The notes under the pieces were generated by a model that was given only the letters and a program-made list of their open reading frames with translations, did not search any database and had not been told where the DNA came from. DNA of 64,000 nucleotides from the human T2T-CHM13v2.0 reference genome, Homo sapiens: the NCBI RefSeq assembly GCF_009914755.1, contig NC_060932.1. One strand, given 5' to 3'. Below, in pieces: positions 14,370 through 26,580 of this stretch. Both the position numbers and the translations under genes were made by a program. How positions within the stretch are numbered: position 1 is the stretch's first letter; each line of letters opens with the position of its first letter.

Positions 14370-14565
14370 TGGTGCTGGTTAGGAACATGGGCTTTGAAGA
14401 GAGAGGGATTTTATTTCAAATTCCATCTCTGCCACTTAGTAGTCAGATGACCTTGAACATGTCCTCTAACCTTTCTAGGCCCCAGGACCTGCCTCTGTAA
14501 ACTTGGGTAATAACCCCCTGGCATGTTTGCTTCTGAGGATTAAATGAGATAACTTGTATAAAAAT
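14370..14565 (+). mobile_element. MIR
   Basis: ttcaaattccatctctgccactta...gaccttgaac...tctgtaaa...gaggattaaatgagataa core. Confidence 0.75.
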
Positions 14566-14574
14566 GGCCACGGC

Positions 14575-15290
14575 AGGGCCGGCTGCAAAATTCCCAAGGC
14601 TCAGTGCAAAGTGGAAATGCAGGGCGCCTTGTTCAAAGAGCAGCAGAAGAAAGTGTCGTGAAAGGCAGGAGGGTATTCAGCTTTCTCAAGCCAGTATGTT
14701 TCATCATTTGAAAAGTGTAATAGGGATAATACTTCTAGAAGAGTAAGAACAGAATCATATAAATCCCCACCAGAAACCAGTGTCACACTTTTAATAGAAT
14801 AAATAATAATACTTTATTAATTGGATCTAGATGAATGAAACAATTTTTCTGGCCAACTTTTCTGCAATTAATTTATTAGGTCATCAAACTTTATACCTTG
14901 AGCAACTTCATTTTTTCTTCTGAAAAGAATCTGCTGAAGCAACTGTTTCTGGAATATTATCTAAACTCTGACAATATTGGGATAAACTATTTTGACACAA
15001 ATTTTAGTATATCTGTAGCTGGTGGTTCTTGTGGAGCTATTTTTTTCAAAGGATTTAACTGTTTAAGCAAATCAGTTTTATGGAAGTTTGAATTTAATTT
15101 TAAGTGTAAATTTCTCCAATGGAATTTTGATGCATCTTCTGACATGTTCTGTAAGTTGCAGAGGCCCACAGCAGACCAAATGTGGCGTCATGATTTGTAA
15201 CTTACTCAAAACTCCTGTTTTTGAATTCTATTGTTGTATCTTTAACAAGAAGAGCTGAATTTTTAAAATTGCTCTACTTGTTAATAATTG
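14575..15290 (-). mobile_element. Zaphod-like (hAT-Tip100) DNA transposon fossil
   Basis: cagggccggc..cagtgcaaagtggaaatgcagggcgccttgttcaaa terminus; minus-strand degenerate hAT dimerisation-domain-like sequence (LKKIAPQEPPATDILKF; YPNIVRV; ETVASA). Confidence 0.6.
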
Positions 15291-15304
15291 ATTGATCAGA
15301 AGTG

Positions 15305-15605
15305 TTCTTTTCTTTTCTTTTCTTTTTGAGGTAGGGTCTCCATCTGTTGACATGATCATGGCTCACTGCAGCCTCAGACTCCTGAACTCGTATGATCCTC
15401 CTACCTCAGCCTCCCAAGTAGCTAAGACTACGGGCATGTGCCACTGTGCTCAGCTAATCTTTTTTTTTTTTTTTAATGTTGGGGTCTAACTATACTGCCC
15501 ACTATACTGCCTATGGTGGTCTCCAACAACTGGCTTCAAACAGTCCTCTAACCAGAGCTTCACAATGTGCTGGGATAACAGGTGTGACCCACCATGCCTG
15601 TCCCA
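15305..15605 (-). mobile_element. Alu (AluJ-type, diverged)
   Basis: Diverged antisense Alu dimer. Confidence 0.85.
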
Positions 15606-16828
15606 TCAGAAGTTTTGTGACTATCATTATATATTTAATTTATATTTCTGAGCCTTGGATAACTCCTTGAAGAACTCTAAACTCTCTGAGGAATTCCAAG
15701 AACTCCCTGGCATACTCTTTCACAATGTCCATGGGCACACTTTTGTTTTGTGCTTCTCTCCTCCCAATTTGCTATCTGAGCCCTATGATTCCTGTCCCGG
15801 CGCTCAGGTCAGGGGGTAAATATTCGTGCAGAAGCTCCAAGGATGACTCTGAGAATGCACAGGCACAGAGGTGTCAGTGCTGCGTCCACACAGAGACCCT
15901 CCTTTCACCCCAGGGCTGAGGACACCTGCTGCTGCGGCTGCCACCTCCCATCCTGGTCCGTTGCCATCTTCCTTCCCAGTCGAGATGTGCCTGGGCCGCT
16001 CCAAGGCACCCGTGCTCAGGGCAGCAAGCTCCAACATGTGGCCTTCATGTCCCTGGGCCTGAGCCTGCCCACCTTGTCCCCCCTCATAGCCACTCTGCTC
16101 ATGTGCCTGCTCCATTGTCTCAGTGGGCTTCACTTACAAAATGAAGTTCAAAGAAAAAAAACTAAGGTCAAGAGGGTGTCGGCAGAGCCTGCTACCAGGC
16201 ACTGGCCCTTCTAAGGGCAGGTCCCTGTGTCACTGCCCAGCCCTCAAGCCCATGAAGCTGGTCCTGGCTCCAGAATTGAGAGCCAGTAAAACTGCTTCTG
16301 TTATTTATCATTGAGGACAGAGTGCAGAGAAACTTTGCTTTCTAAAATTATAGATATGAGAGACTTTGCTTTCTGGGAGCCTATCTAAAGGAATGCCCAC
16401 TCTTGCCTGGGGAACTGAGCCACTTTGCCACAGAAAACAGCGTCTGGTTTGGGAAAAAACCCATATCTGTGCTGGTGGATAGTCTTCCTTGCTGAAGCAA
16501 GATAATAACCCTACCTTTAAGACAAAAGTGCTCCTCCCTTGATCTTTATCAAACACACTGTATCACCAGGATGAACACTGCTCTGAAGGAGTCACATCGG
16601 GCTGTGCCAGGAAAAAAGAATAGCTGCAACCATAGGAATCTTCATGGGAACAGTCAGCCCAGCTGTCCTTGAGCAACCAGGCCCATGTTCCCTAAGCCTT
16701 GGTGGCTTCTTCCCCAGGGACACAGGTGCTGCATTTCACAGTGACTTTCCTATTTCAGAGCAATTTCACCTCCTTCTCTAACAAGGCCTCACAAATGTAC
16801 TGAGAGCTAGAGAGGACAACAAGTGTAA

Positions 16829-17206
<378 letters not shown>

Positions 17207-18485
17207 TATGGGTGAGTTTTTAAATGCAAGTGTATTACTTTTATAATAATCATGTTAAGTACAGCAGTCATTAAGGACGTATCAATCAGGAGTGATGCCA
17301 CACATGAAAAAGATGGGAACCACTCTCTTAACTCAAACTCTTATTTACATATAAGAGTTATGTAATAACTCCAGTAAGGCCCCTTGCCACATACCATGGC
17401 ATTTCCTTAAGAATGTTTACTCAACAAGGAAAGAGGCGTGACAACCTAATTCGATGTGTGAATCTGGATTGAACATGTACCCAGAAAACTCAACAGCCAC
17501 GAAGCTATTCTTGGAACAATTTCAATGTCTATGCACTGACTTCTGTTTTGCAATAATTTACTGACACTTTGCTTCCTGAGCACCTACAGCTGCTGTCCCA
17601 GTGTTCAGGCCAGGGAAATTTTCTTGTTAATGTGCATAAATGGTAGTGTGATTGATGCGGGAATTTTTTTCTTATTTATAAGAGATCCATGCTGAGATAA
17701 TTAGGGTGAAGTGTCATGACATTTTCCTGCTACTTTCAAAAGGTGACAGCGACATAGAAAGTATATTTTTTAAATTGTTTATTAATTTAGACGAGCACAT
17801 ATGTGCTTTTTTTTTTTTTCATTCAGTTTTTCTATTTGGCTTCCTTGGCCAGGAATAGTTTTAGTGTCAGGAAATGAATGAGTCTGCCCCTCAATTCCAG
17901 CCTGCTCAGCACAGAGGAAAACAAAGTTCTGACAAAGGGAGTGACTCCCTGCTGAGTCAGCTGCAGCCCTGGATTCAGATTCCTTTAGCAGTTCTGAGGG
18001 CACCCAACCCAGCCCTCTCTTTGCCTACCCCATCGGAAACTTCCTTTCATGATAAGAAAGACATTAAAGATCTTGTTCATAGAATCCATTGCAGCTTTCT
18101 TTAAAAACACCCCTGGCCTGCCTCAAACTGTGAATTCTTAAAGTGTGACATTTAAAATGTAGACCATGGCTCAAGGCTCATTGTCCCCATGGCTGTCACC
18201 GCTACACCTTGGTGTCATCACTACACCTGACACTGGGGCCTGCTTGTCTCTCAAACTTCCCTTGGATCCAAAGAGGGAGGAACCAGGATGAATGCCACTT
18301 ATTTTCCCTTGAAAAGCCCCACCCCTGAGCATCTGACACCAGGGGCTCTGTCCATTGCCTGTGGCCACCGATTGCTACTCTGGGTTATGGAGGAAGGACA
18401 GGGTCCTGAGAGTCCCCAGAGACCTTGCACAGCTCTGAAAACACAGGGCTTCTGCAGAAGTGGGTCCCATCACCAATAGGGAGAC

Positions 18486-18872
18486 TGTCAGACCTCTGAG
18501 CCCAAGCTAAGCCATCATATCCCCTGTGACCTGCACGTATACATCCAGATGGCCTGAAGTAACTGAAGAATCACAAAAGAAGTGAAAATGGACTGTTCAT
18601 GCCTTAACTGATGACATTACCTTGTGAAATTCCTTGGCCTGGCTCATCCTGGCTCAAAAGCTCCCTCACTGAGCAACTTGTGACCTCCACCCCTGCCAGC
18701 CAGAGAACAACCCCCTTTGACTGTAATTTTCCATTACCTACTCAAATCCTGTAAAACGGCCCCACCCTTATCTCCCTACGCTGACTCAGCCCACCTGCAC
18801 CCAGGTGATTAAAAAGCTTTATTGCTCACATAAAGCCTGTTTGGTGGTCTCTTCACACGGATGCACGTGAAA
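18486..18872 (+). mobile_element. Solo LTR7-family (HERV-H) LTR, probably an LTR7B/C/Y-type variant
   Basis: TGTCAGACCTCTGAGCCCAAGCTAAGCCATCATATCCCC...GTGAAA; TSD gagac/gacac. Confidence 0.92.
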
Positions 18873-19559
18873 GACACCACGTGGAGGCCTTGCACCCCCA
18901 CTCCGTGCTTCTCTACCAAATCCCAACGGTATTGAGCTCACTTAGCACTGACGTCTGTGGAAAGCAGGGAAAGCCCTGGCTCCCAAAGCCCTGAAGTCCT
19001 GTGGAGCTGACATTCCCTGAGTGACGGTGTGAACGGAGGGAACTCAAGTGTTAGTGGTAGGCCACCTCCTGGCCTGGGCCTGGGTGGACTCTGAGGGGAC
19101 ACATGTAGTCACAATCCCACCCTCCCATTCTCCTTCTCAGAGGAAGGAAGTGGGCACCCATCTGCGTCATCTCTGTCCCATGGTGATGACGGAGAATTTC
19201 AGGGCACCTTTCACATGAATTTCACCAGCTCAGATCTGTGAGGACGGGGCCCACCATGCTCCTGGAGCTGCCAGAAGCCGTGAGCCCCTCCCAGGTCCCT
19301 GGGTTTGAGCCAGCCCTGTATCATCCCCAGGAGCTGAATGTCCCAGCAATGGATAGAACTAGATGGAACCGGCTCCCAGTTTGGCCTGAGACTGTCCCTA
19401 GACATTCAGGAAAAACAGGACATCCCACAGAGCGGGCAGGTGATCTCCAGTTCACAGACCCTGAGTCTGTTCCCCTGTAAGAAAGACCTTGCCCCTCACT
19501 CCATTCACATCCCAGGTCCCAAATGGTACAAGACAGAAAGAAGCCCTGGTCATATGAGC

Positions 19560-19780
19560 AGAACGAGGGGATGTTCTGGGGTTTCTTGTGTCCAAATTTG
19601 CATAAGAGCTCCTGGGTATACTTTTCTCTCAGAGGGCCATTTGTCTGATGCCCCCAGTAAGGTGGTCAGTTTCAATCACTGTAATTACTGATGTGGTAGG
19701 CAATACCTGTTCCAAATTCTGCCCAGTGACCAGGGGCCAAGACCTGTTTAGATGGAAGGCTCGGTGTCCTCCCCAGCCTC
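19560..19780 (+). promoter_or_regulatory. Degenerate DEFB4-type proximal promoter
   Basis: GGGATGTTCTGGGGTTTCTT (tandem kB-like sites, mutated), ATTTGCATAAG (C/EBP/NF-IL6, retained), TATA position reads TGTTTAGA; layout matches the DEFB4A promoter as recalled. Confidence 0.7.
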
Positions 19781-19952
19781 AGCTCATGGTGAAGCTCCCA
19801 GCCATCACCCATAAGGGTCCTTATCTTCTCTTCTCATTCCGCTTCGTATTCCTGATGCCTCTTCCACATGAGATGAGTCAGGGAAATAAGAGGCTTGGAA
19901 AAGTGGAAAAATGGGGTAGAGGCTCTCTCTTGCCTCTCTCTCACCTCTTTCT

Positions 19953-20041
19953 CTCTCATCCAAGTACTAGTTAGGCCCACTCCTGCTTAGCTTACAAGAT
20001 CAGAGGAGATCAAACATGTTCAAGGTGCTATGGCCGTAGAC
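19953..20041 (-). pseudogene. 5S rRNA pseudogene (3'-truncated, about nt 1-90)
   Basis: Minus strand GTCTACGGCCATAGCACCTTGAAC...GATCTCCTCTGATCTTGTAAGCTAAGCAGG...TAGTACTTGGATG. Confidence 0.92.
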
Positions 20042-21000
20042 ACTCTCTCTCTTTTTCTCTGTCTCTCATGTCTATATCTCTCCTTTGTCTCCTTTCTCTG
20101 CCTCTTGTATTTCTCTCAGTGTCAGGACACTCCCTCTCTCCCTGTCTCCCCTACAGCTTGACTCCTTTTGTCCCTTTCTCTCTTTCTTCTACTATCACTT
20201 CTAGACTGAGTAGATTGCATGCCTTACTTTGTTGAACCAAACTCCATTTCCTTCAATATGAAAGGAGTTTAAGAGCTTCATGGCTGCCTCACTCCCTCTT
20301 CTAAGCCAGAGGGGCCCAGTAGCCTGTAAATCTCATCTCCTCCCTGATCTTCACTCTATGACTGCTAAGACTATGGTTGAAAACTGTCAGGCGACTTTTA
20401 TTTTTCAATAAAAGTGAGAAATTTTGATTTTATCCAAAGAAGTAAGTACAGAATGTCATTTTCTAAATTTTTATATTTAAAGTGTAGATTTGAGTGACCT
20501 AGAGAATTTCAGGTAGTGATAAGGCGCAGCCTGTACTTTGGGAAGTTGTGTTTGGGACACTGGCCCTTCGTCTTTTCAGATGGAAGGCCCTGGAGAACAC
20601 TTGCCCTCTGTGGCTGCTCTAGGTTCACAGAACAAAAATGCTTATTGAAAGCCACTTTTAAAATGGAATGCCTAATTTTATTTTCTCCTTGATATTATAA
20701 GAATAAAATAAAAGGGTGAAGGAAGAAAAGGAGAGTGGAAGGGAGGAAGGGAGAGAGAAAGATAATTTGAGACTAAGACCTGAGATATCTAATCTGATAG
20801 AAATTACATAGAAAAAGCCTCATTTTATCCATATTGTTTATGGGTTTTGGGTTACAGAGGAGCAGCAGGGCTCCTGGAGGCACAGACACTGGGCGATATT
20901 CCACCACTTAGGAGAGTATGAAGGAAGAGACAAAAGGGAGGAAAGGAGGAAAGGAAGGAGGGAGGACAAATGGAAGAGTGAGATTGAGAACAGAATTTAG

Positions 21001-21440
<440 letters not shown>

Positions 21441-23892
21441 CTAAGTTACTTTCATATTAAATTCACATTAAACAATTTCTGCCATTTGAGCCACATCTTT
21501 TTCTTGCATCTCATTTTAAAAACTTAACGGACTTCATGATTTGGAAAGCAGAGGTTACTGGCCTGTGTGTGTAAATGGAGGTAGGGTAGCTTTGAGGTTA
21601 TTTTTGTGTGGTGGAGCTGAATTCTCAAGAAATCCTTGTTGAGCTGCTACCTGAGCCCATCTGGAGGCCCCAGTCACTTAGCAGAGATCGGTCTTTCACA
21701 TTCTGGTTCCAGGAACTAAACATTCCCAAACCACGTCAGGGCCAGCCTCCTTTTAAGAAACTTAGGTTCACGTCATCATTCACTCATGTCTCATGATCAT
21801 GATCAAAATCCCAGGCTTGGAAAAGAAACTCACCAGAGATTTATTCAAGTCAACACCGACACAGGCTTTGTGCTTTTCTGACATGGGGTTTTGAATTCTA
21901 ACACCCTATCACTCCTATTGTCCTTTGATTTGCTTATTGTTTATTGCTTCTGGGTTTTTTTTCTTTTTTTTCTTTTCCTTTCTTTAGGTTTTTCTAAAGA
22001 TATAAGAAATCCTGCTAGCTGACACAGGAATAAAGGTGTGTGTGTGTTCTGAATGTTTGCTCTACAAGCTTGAAACAGATTGGCACCTATGGCCATGACA
22101 GAATAAAATGCTGCAAAAAGTAACGAGGAGTCCAAGAAGTTTCTGTGACTAATGTGGATTCAGAAAGGGCTCACTCAGCAGAGACGTGCCACATTTAAAC
22201 CAAATTAAGCTACGGTGTTCGAAGACATGGAATCTTTATCCTAGTAATTGTAATTGTGATTGTGTAACGTTGGTTTCGGACTAGCGAATCTCTGACATCT
22301 TTGGAATGTCCTTCCCAGCTCTCCAGACCAGGGGTCAGGGATGGCACAGGAGGAGTTTTTTGGGTTGCTCCTCCAGTAACCCAAAACCAACAGGAGCAAC
22401 GGGATATTAGAATTCAAAACCCCATGTCAGAAAGACACAAAGTCTGTGTCAGTATCATCTTGAATAAATCCACGGTGAGTTTCTTTTCCAAACCTGAGCT
22501 TTTCCATCATCATGAGATGTGAGTGAATAATTATGAGTCATAAGTTTCTGACAAGGAGACTGGCACTGCTGTGATTTGGGGGAGGCTTAGTGACATCTGT
22601 TCCCTTTAGGTCCCTTGACCTTCCCCAATTATTCCCATTGTTTTCCTATAACTGTGCTTTGCTCCTCCTACTTCCTCTCTTTGCGTGCCCTCACCTACCC
22701 CACATCTTCCTGGAAGACTGTGCCTCATTAATGTCCCAACTCAAAGGCCTCTTTCCTCCTGGAATCAGGGTGATCCACTAAGGAGGGAACGTCCTATCCT
22801 CTTGTTCTTCACAAGCACTCCCTCCTTCTGGTTTGGCCTGCTTATGCAATTGTGCTTCCTGCTCATGTGGATAATTTTTTACTTCTCCAATAGTCTATGA
22901 GCTCTCTACAGGTATGGACTTTCTCTTATTCATGTATGTAGTGGTCATTGAGGAAGAGGTGTTACTTCATAAATTATTATACATTTAATGGCAAAGTTGA
23001 GTTGCACAAAGCATTTCCTCACATCTAGACATAATTTTGATTCATGTAAAAGCTCTTAAAAACAGGTCCTTTTTGAAGGTACAGTTAAATGAGGGCAATA
23101 TAGCACAGAACACAATGAGAGGAGAGCAAACCTCAAGAAGAAAGACAGTATAGACTCTGAGGGGAAGCATCAAGATGCCTGCCTAGCCCTGCCCTCTCTC
23201 ATTGGGCAGTTTAACTCGTTTGATAGTTAAATCGTGAACTCTGCAGGTATACCCTACATGTCTATGAAGCTCTCTGCTTCTTGATATTAACTTTTCTCTT
23301 AATGTGCATACCATCAACCTCTAGCTAAAGGCATTTTTGTCTAAAATAATCCATTGGATTTCCTAGAGTATCAAGATTGGAAAAAAAAAAATCAGACCTA
23401 GAGATTTTTTGTAGATCCTTTAACCAGGCCAAGAGGTGAGGGACGCACTGGATGCAGGTGCAGAATTTGGGGATCAAAAAATTCTGCACTCAAGATAAGT
23501 GATCTTATAATGTATGTGTTTTTTTTTTTTTGTAAAAAAAAAAAAATTGATTCAAAAGTAACACATGATCTACAAAATATTCAAGTTTTAAATAAGGACA
23601 GAATCTAATCCTGCTATTGTGCAACTCAAACTTACCCACCTCACCTTGGTCCCAGGCCTGTCCGATAGTCTTATTTATTTAACCATTTAATTTTTATAAT
23701 ATGTGACATTATTAGTTTGAATGAATTTGTTGCTCTCCTGGTGCCTGGAAGTTTAGGTAGAGTTTACATTATATATCCCATGATATTTGCAATGTCCATA
23801 TACTAAAAAGTTATTCACAGACATTTTTCTCCTTAAAGACAATTTTTGTGGCCAAAGTATTTATTTGCTACACTGAGTTTTATTTTACTAGG

Positions 23893-24397
23893 TGTAGTAG
23901 GCATAATAATGGCCTCCCAAAGATGTCCATGTCCCAATTCCTAGAACCTATGATTATGCTTCTTTACATAGCAGATAAGAATTAATGTCAGCAGACAGAA
24001 TTAAAGTTGCTAATCAGCTGACTTTCAAATAGGGAGGTTATCTTAGATTAGGTGAACGAGACCAATGTAATCAAAAGGATCATTAAATTTGGAAAGAGAC
24101 AGAACAGTCAGTGTCTTCGTGATGTGATGTTAGAATGACTTGACAGGCATTGCTGGCTTTGAGATGAAGAAGCTACAGGCCAAGGAAGTTGGGCAGCTTC
24201 TAAAGCTTGAAAATGCAAAACAAAACAAAAAAGCAAACAAAGATTCTCACTTAGAGACTCTAGGAAGGAACACAGTCTTGCTGACACCTTGATTTTGGAT
24301 ATTTTATTCCCCCGAACTGTAAGATAATTAATTAGCATTGTTTAAAGTCACTAAGGTTAATGACAATTTACTACTTCAGCAGTAATTAACAAATATA
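23893..24397 (+). mobile_element. MLT1D-like LTR (copy 2 of duplicated flank)
   Basis: Same insertion junction (ttttattttactagg|tgtagtaggc) as at 1110. Confidence 0.8.
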
Positions 24398-24700
24398 GTT
24401 GCTCCTTGGTATCCGGGGGGGATTGGTTTCAGGTCCTCTGTGGATATAAAATTCCTCAGATGCTGAAGTCCTTGATGTAAAATGGCATGGGTATTGTCAT
24501 ATAACCTTTGCATTTCCTCCTATGTACTTTACATCATCTCTAGATTACCTGTAAATCCTAAATCGATGTAAATGCTAAGTAAATGGGTGTTAACTTATAT
24601 TGTTTAGGGAATAATGACCAAAAAAAGCCTGTATATGTTCAGACCAGACACATTTTTTTTTTCCTGAGTATTTTCAGATCAACACAGAGGGTCGACTATA
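24398..24700. mobile_element. MER2-like MITE (copy 2 of duplicated flank)
   Basis: gtatccgggggggattggtttcagg; paralogous to 1619-1928. Confidence 0.7.
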
Positions 24701-25964
24701 TCCTAGTTTCAAATCATGAATTGAGCATAAAATTAGTAACACAAAAGACCTAAGCCTACATTTGTTTAATGGAGAAAAAATGATGAAAAACTCACAACAA
24801 GTTACTGAACTTTCTATGTTTTTTTCCTAGAAATGAGCAAGGCTCACATGATAACTCTTCCTCCCTCAGAAGGCACTCTGAGCTCAGTATTACATGAATA
24901 GCCCATTTATTTCAGATCTGTAGCTTGGAATTTATTGTGAACAGATTCAGTCTTAGGTGAGGGTGGAAGACATATGTCTCCATTCCCTGATTTCATATCT
25001 CCAGGATATTCCTACACCAAAAGCACTTCCTCCATAGAATTTGCAAAGAGTAAATATGTACTGTCAGAGATTTATTCTTATGGTTCAAGATCTAATTCTT
25101 TATTAATCAATCACACACCTCCAAAGTGCTATTCTTAAAAAACAAACAAACAAACAAACAAAAAAACCCAAAAAACAGCAAATTGCTGCCTTGCAAAACA
25201 TCAGGCTGCCTTTAATGCCTTCAATCCTCATCTGAGTTCCAGAAGTGAAAGATCATAATCCATAAAAACCTGAGGTCAAAAATGTACGTTCTTAGAATCT
25301 GCATTTGTGTAGAAAGTGTCAGACTCTTAAGAAGGTAGCAATCTTGGCTTGTCACTTGGCTGGTCAGCCACCAGCTATGAATGTCAGTTACCTGCTCTTC
25401 ACTTTGCCATTTTTGTCCTTGTTGCCTGCTCCAGATAAGAGGGAGCTGAGAAACAAGAGGGTTGACATAAATTGAGGTTAGATTGTAGTTTATTACTAAT
25501 TCTTTCTCTAGACCAGATAGACTATTTGAACAGTTTGTGAAAACTAAGCACCTTCCCTTTAACATTGAAGGTACATATAGCTTTAGAGGAGGTTTCAGAG
25601 TTTTACGTTTTCATGGCCCAACCTAACAGACTGAAATTACCTGTGATGATCCCATCGCTTTTTCTTGGCAAGACTGGGGTGCCTATATTTAAGGGATAAG
25701 TGCCATTTTAAATGGAAGTAAAATGATTAATTTTATTTCAAGGATAGAAATTCTGGCTATCTCTTTACGAGTATATCCTTTTATAATTAAATGGAAGAGT
25801 TTTGGGGCACCTAGAGAAGCTCATAATATATGCCTGGGGCACTTTATACGGTGAACCCTTGCCATAAGTGCCCCATGTGGTCTCTTCACTGTTCTCCATC
25901 ACAACTTTGGCTTTCAGATGACTTTAGCTTCGCTATTCCTTTATTTTGTCCCGGCATGTATTGA

Positions 25965-26185
25965 AAGAGAAGTTAAAAAAAAAAAAAGACAGGGCACTGA
26001 AAGAGAGAGAGAGAGAAAGAATGGTAAGAAAAGACAGAAGGGATGGAAAAAGGAAGAAGGAAAGGGAGGGGGAAAGGAGAGGGAGGAAAGCAGGGAGGGA
26101 GGAATAAAGAAAAGGGAGGGAAGGAAGGAGAGAGGAAAGGAGGGAACAAAGGTGGGAAGGGTAAAGAGGGAAGAAGAGAGAAAGG
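25965..26185. repeat. GA-rich low-complexity polypurine tract
   Basis: Almost purely A/G. Confidence 0.85.
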
Positions 26186-26227
26186 GTCGTAGATCGCATT
26201 TCCTTGCTTACTCATAGACAGGACTCG

Positions 26228-26580
26228 TATTAGCCCATTTCACACCTCTATAAAGAACTGAGTAATTTATTAAAAAAAAAAAAGATAGGTTTAATTGACT
26301 CACAGTTCTGCAGGGTTGGGGAGGCCTGAGGAAACTTACAATCATGGCAGAAGGCAAAGAGGAAGTAGGCACATCTTACATGGCAGCAGGAGAGAGAGAG
26401 AAGAGGGAAGCACCATTTTTAAACCATCAGATTTCATGAGAACTCACTCACTATTACAAGAACAGCATGGGAGAAACTGCCTCCTCGATCTAATCACCTC
26501 CCACCAGATCCCTCCCTTGACATGTGGGGATTACAATTAGAGATGAGATTTGGGTGGAGACACAGAGCCAAATCGCATCA
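26228..26580 (-). mobile_element. THE1D/MSTA-like solo LTR
   Basis: gtattagcccatttcacacctctataaagaact...gacacagagccaaatcgcatca. Confidence 0.85.

Noticed and set aside
14987-15169. Possible processed pseudogene on -
   Set aside because: Better explained as a hAT (Zaphod-like) transposase remnant with a matching terminus at ~14575.
25918-26217. Lys/Glu/Arg-rich and Leu/Ser/Phe-rich ORFs
   Set aside because: Translations of a GA-rich low-complexity tract.
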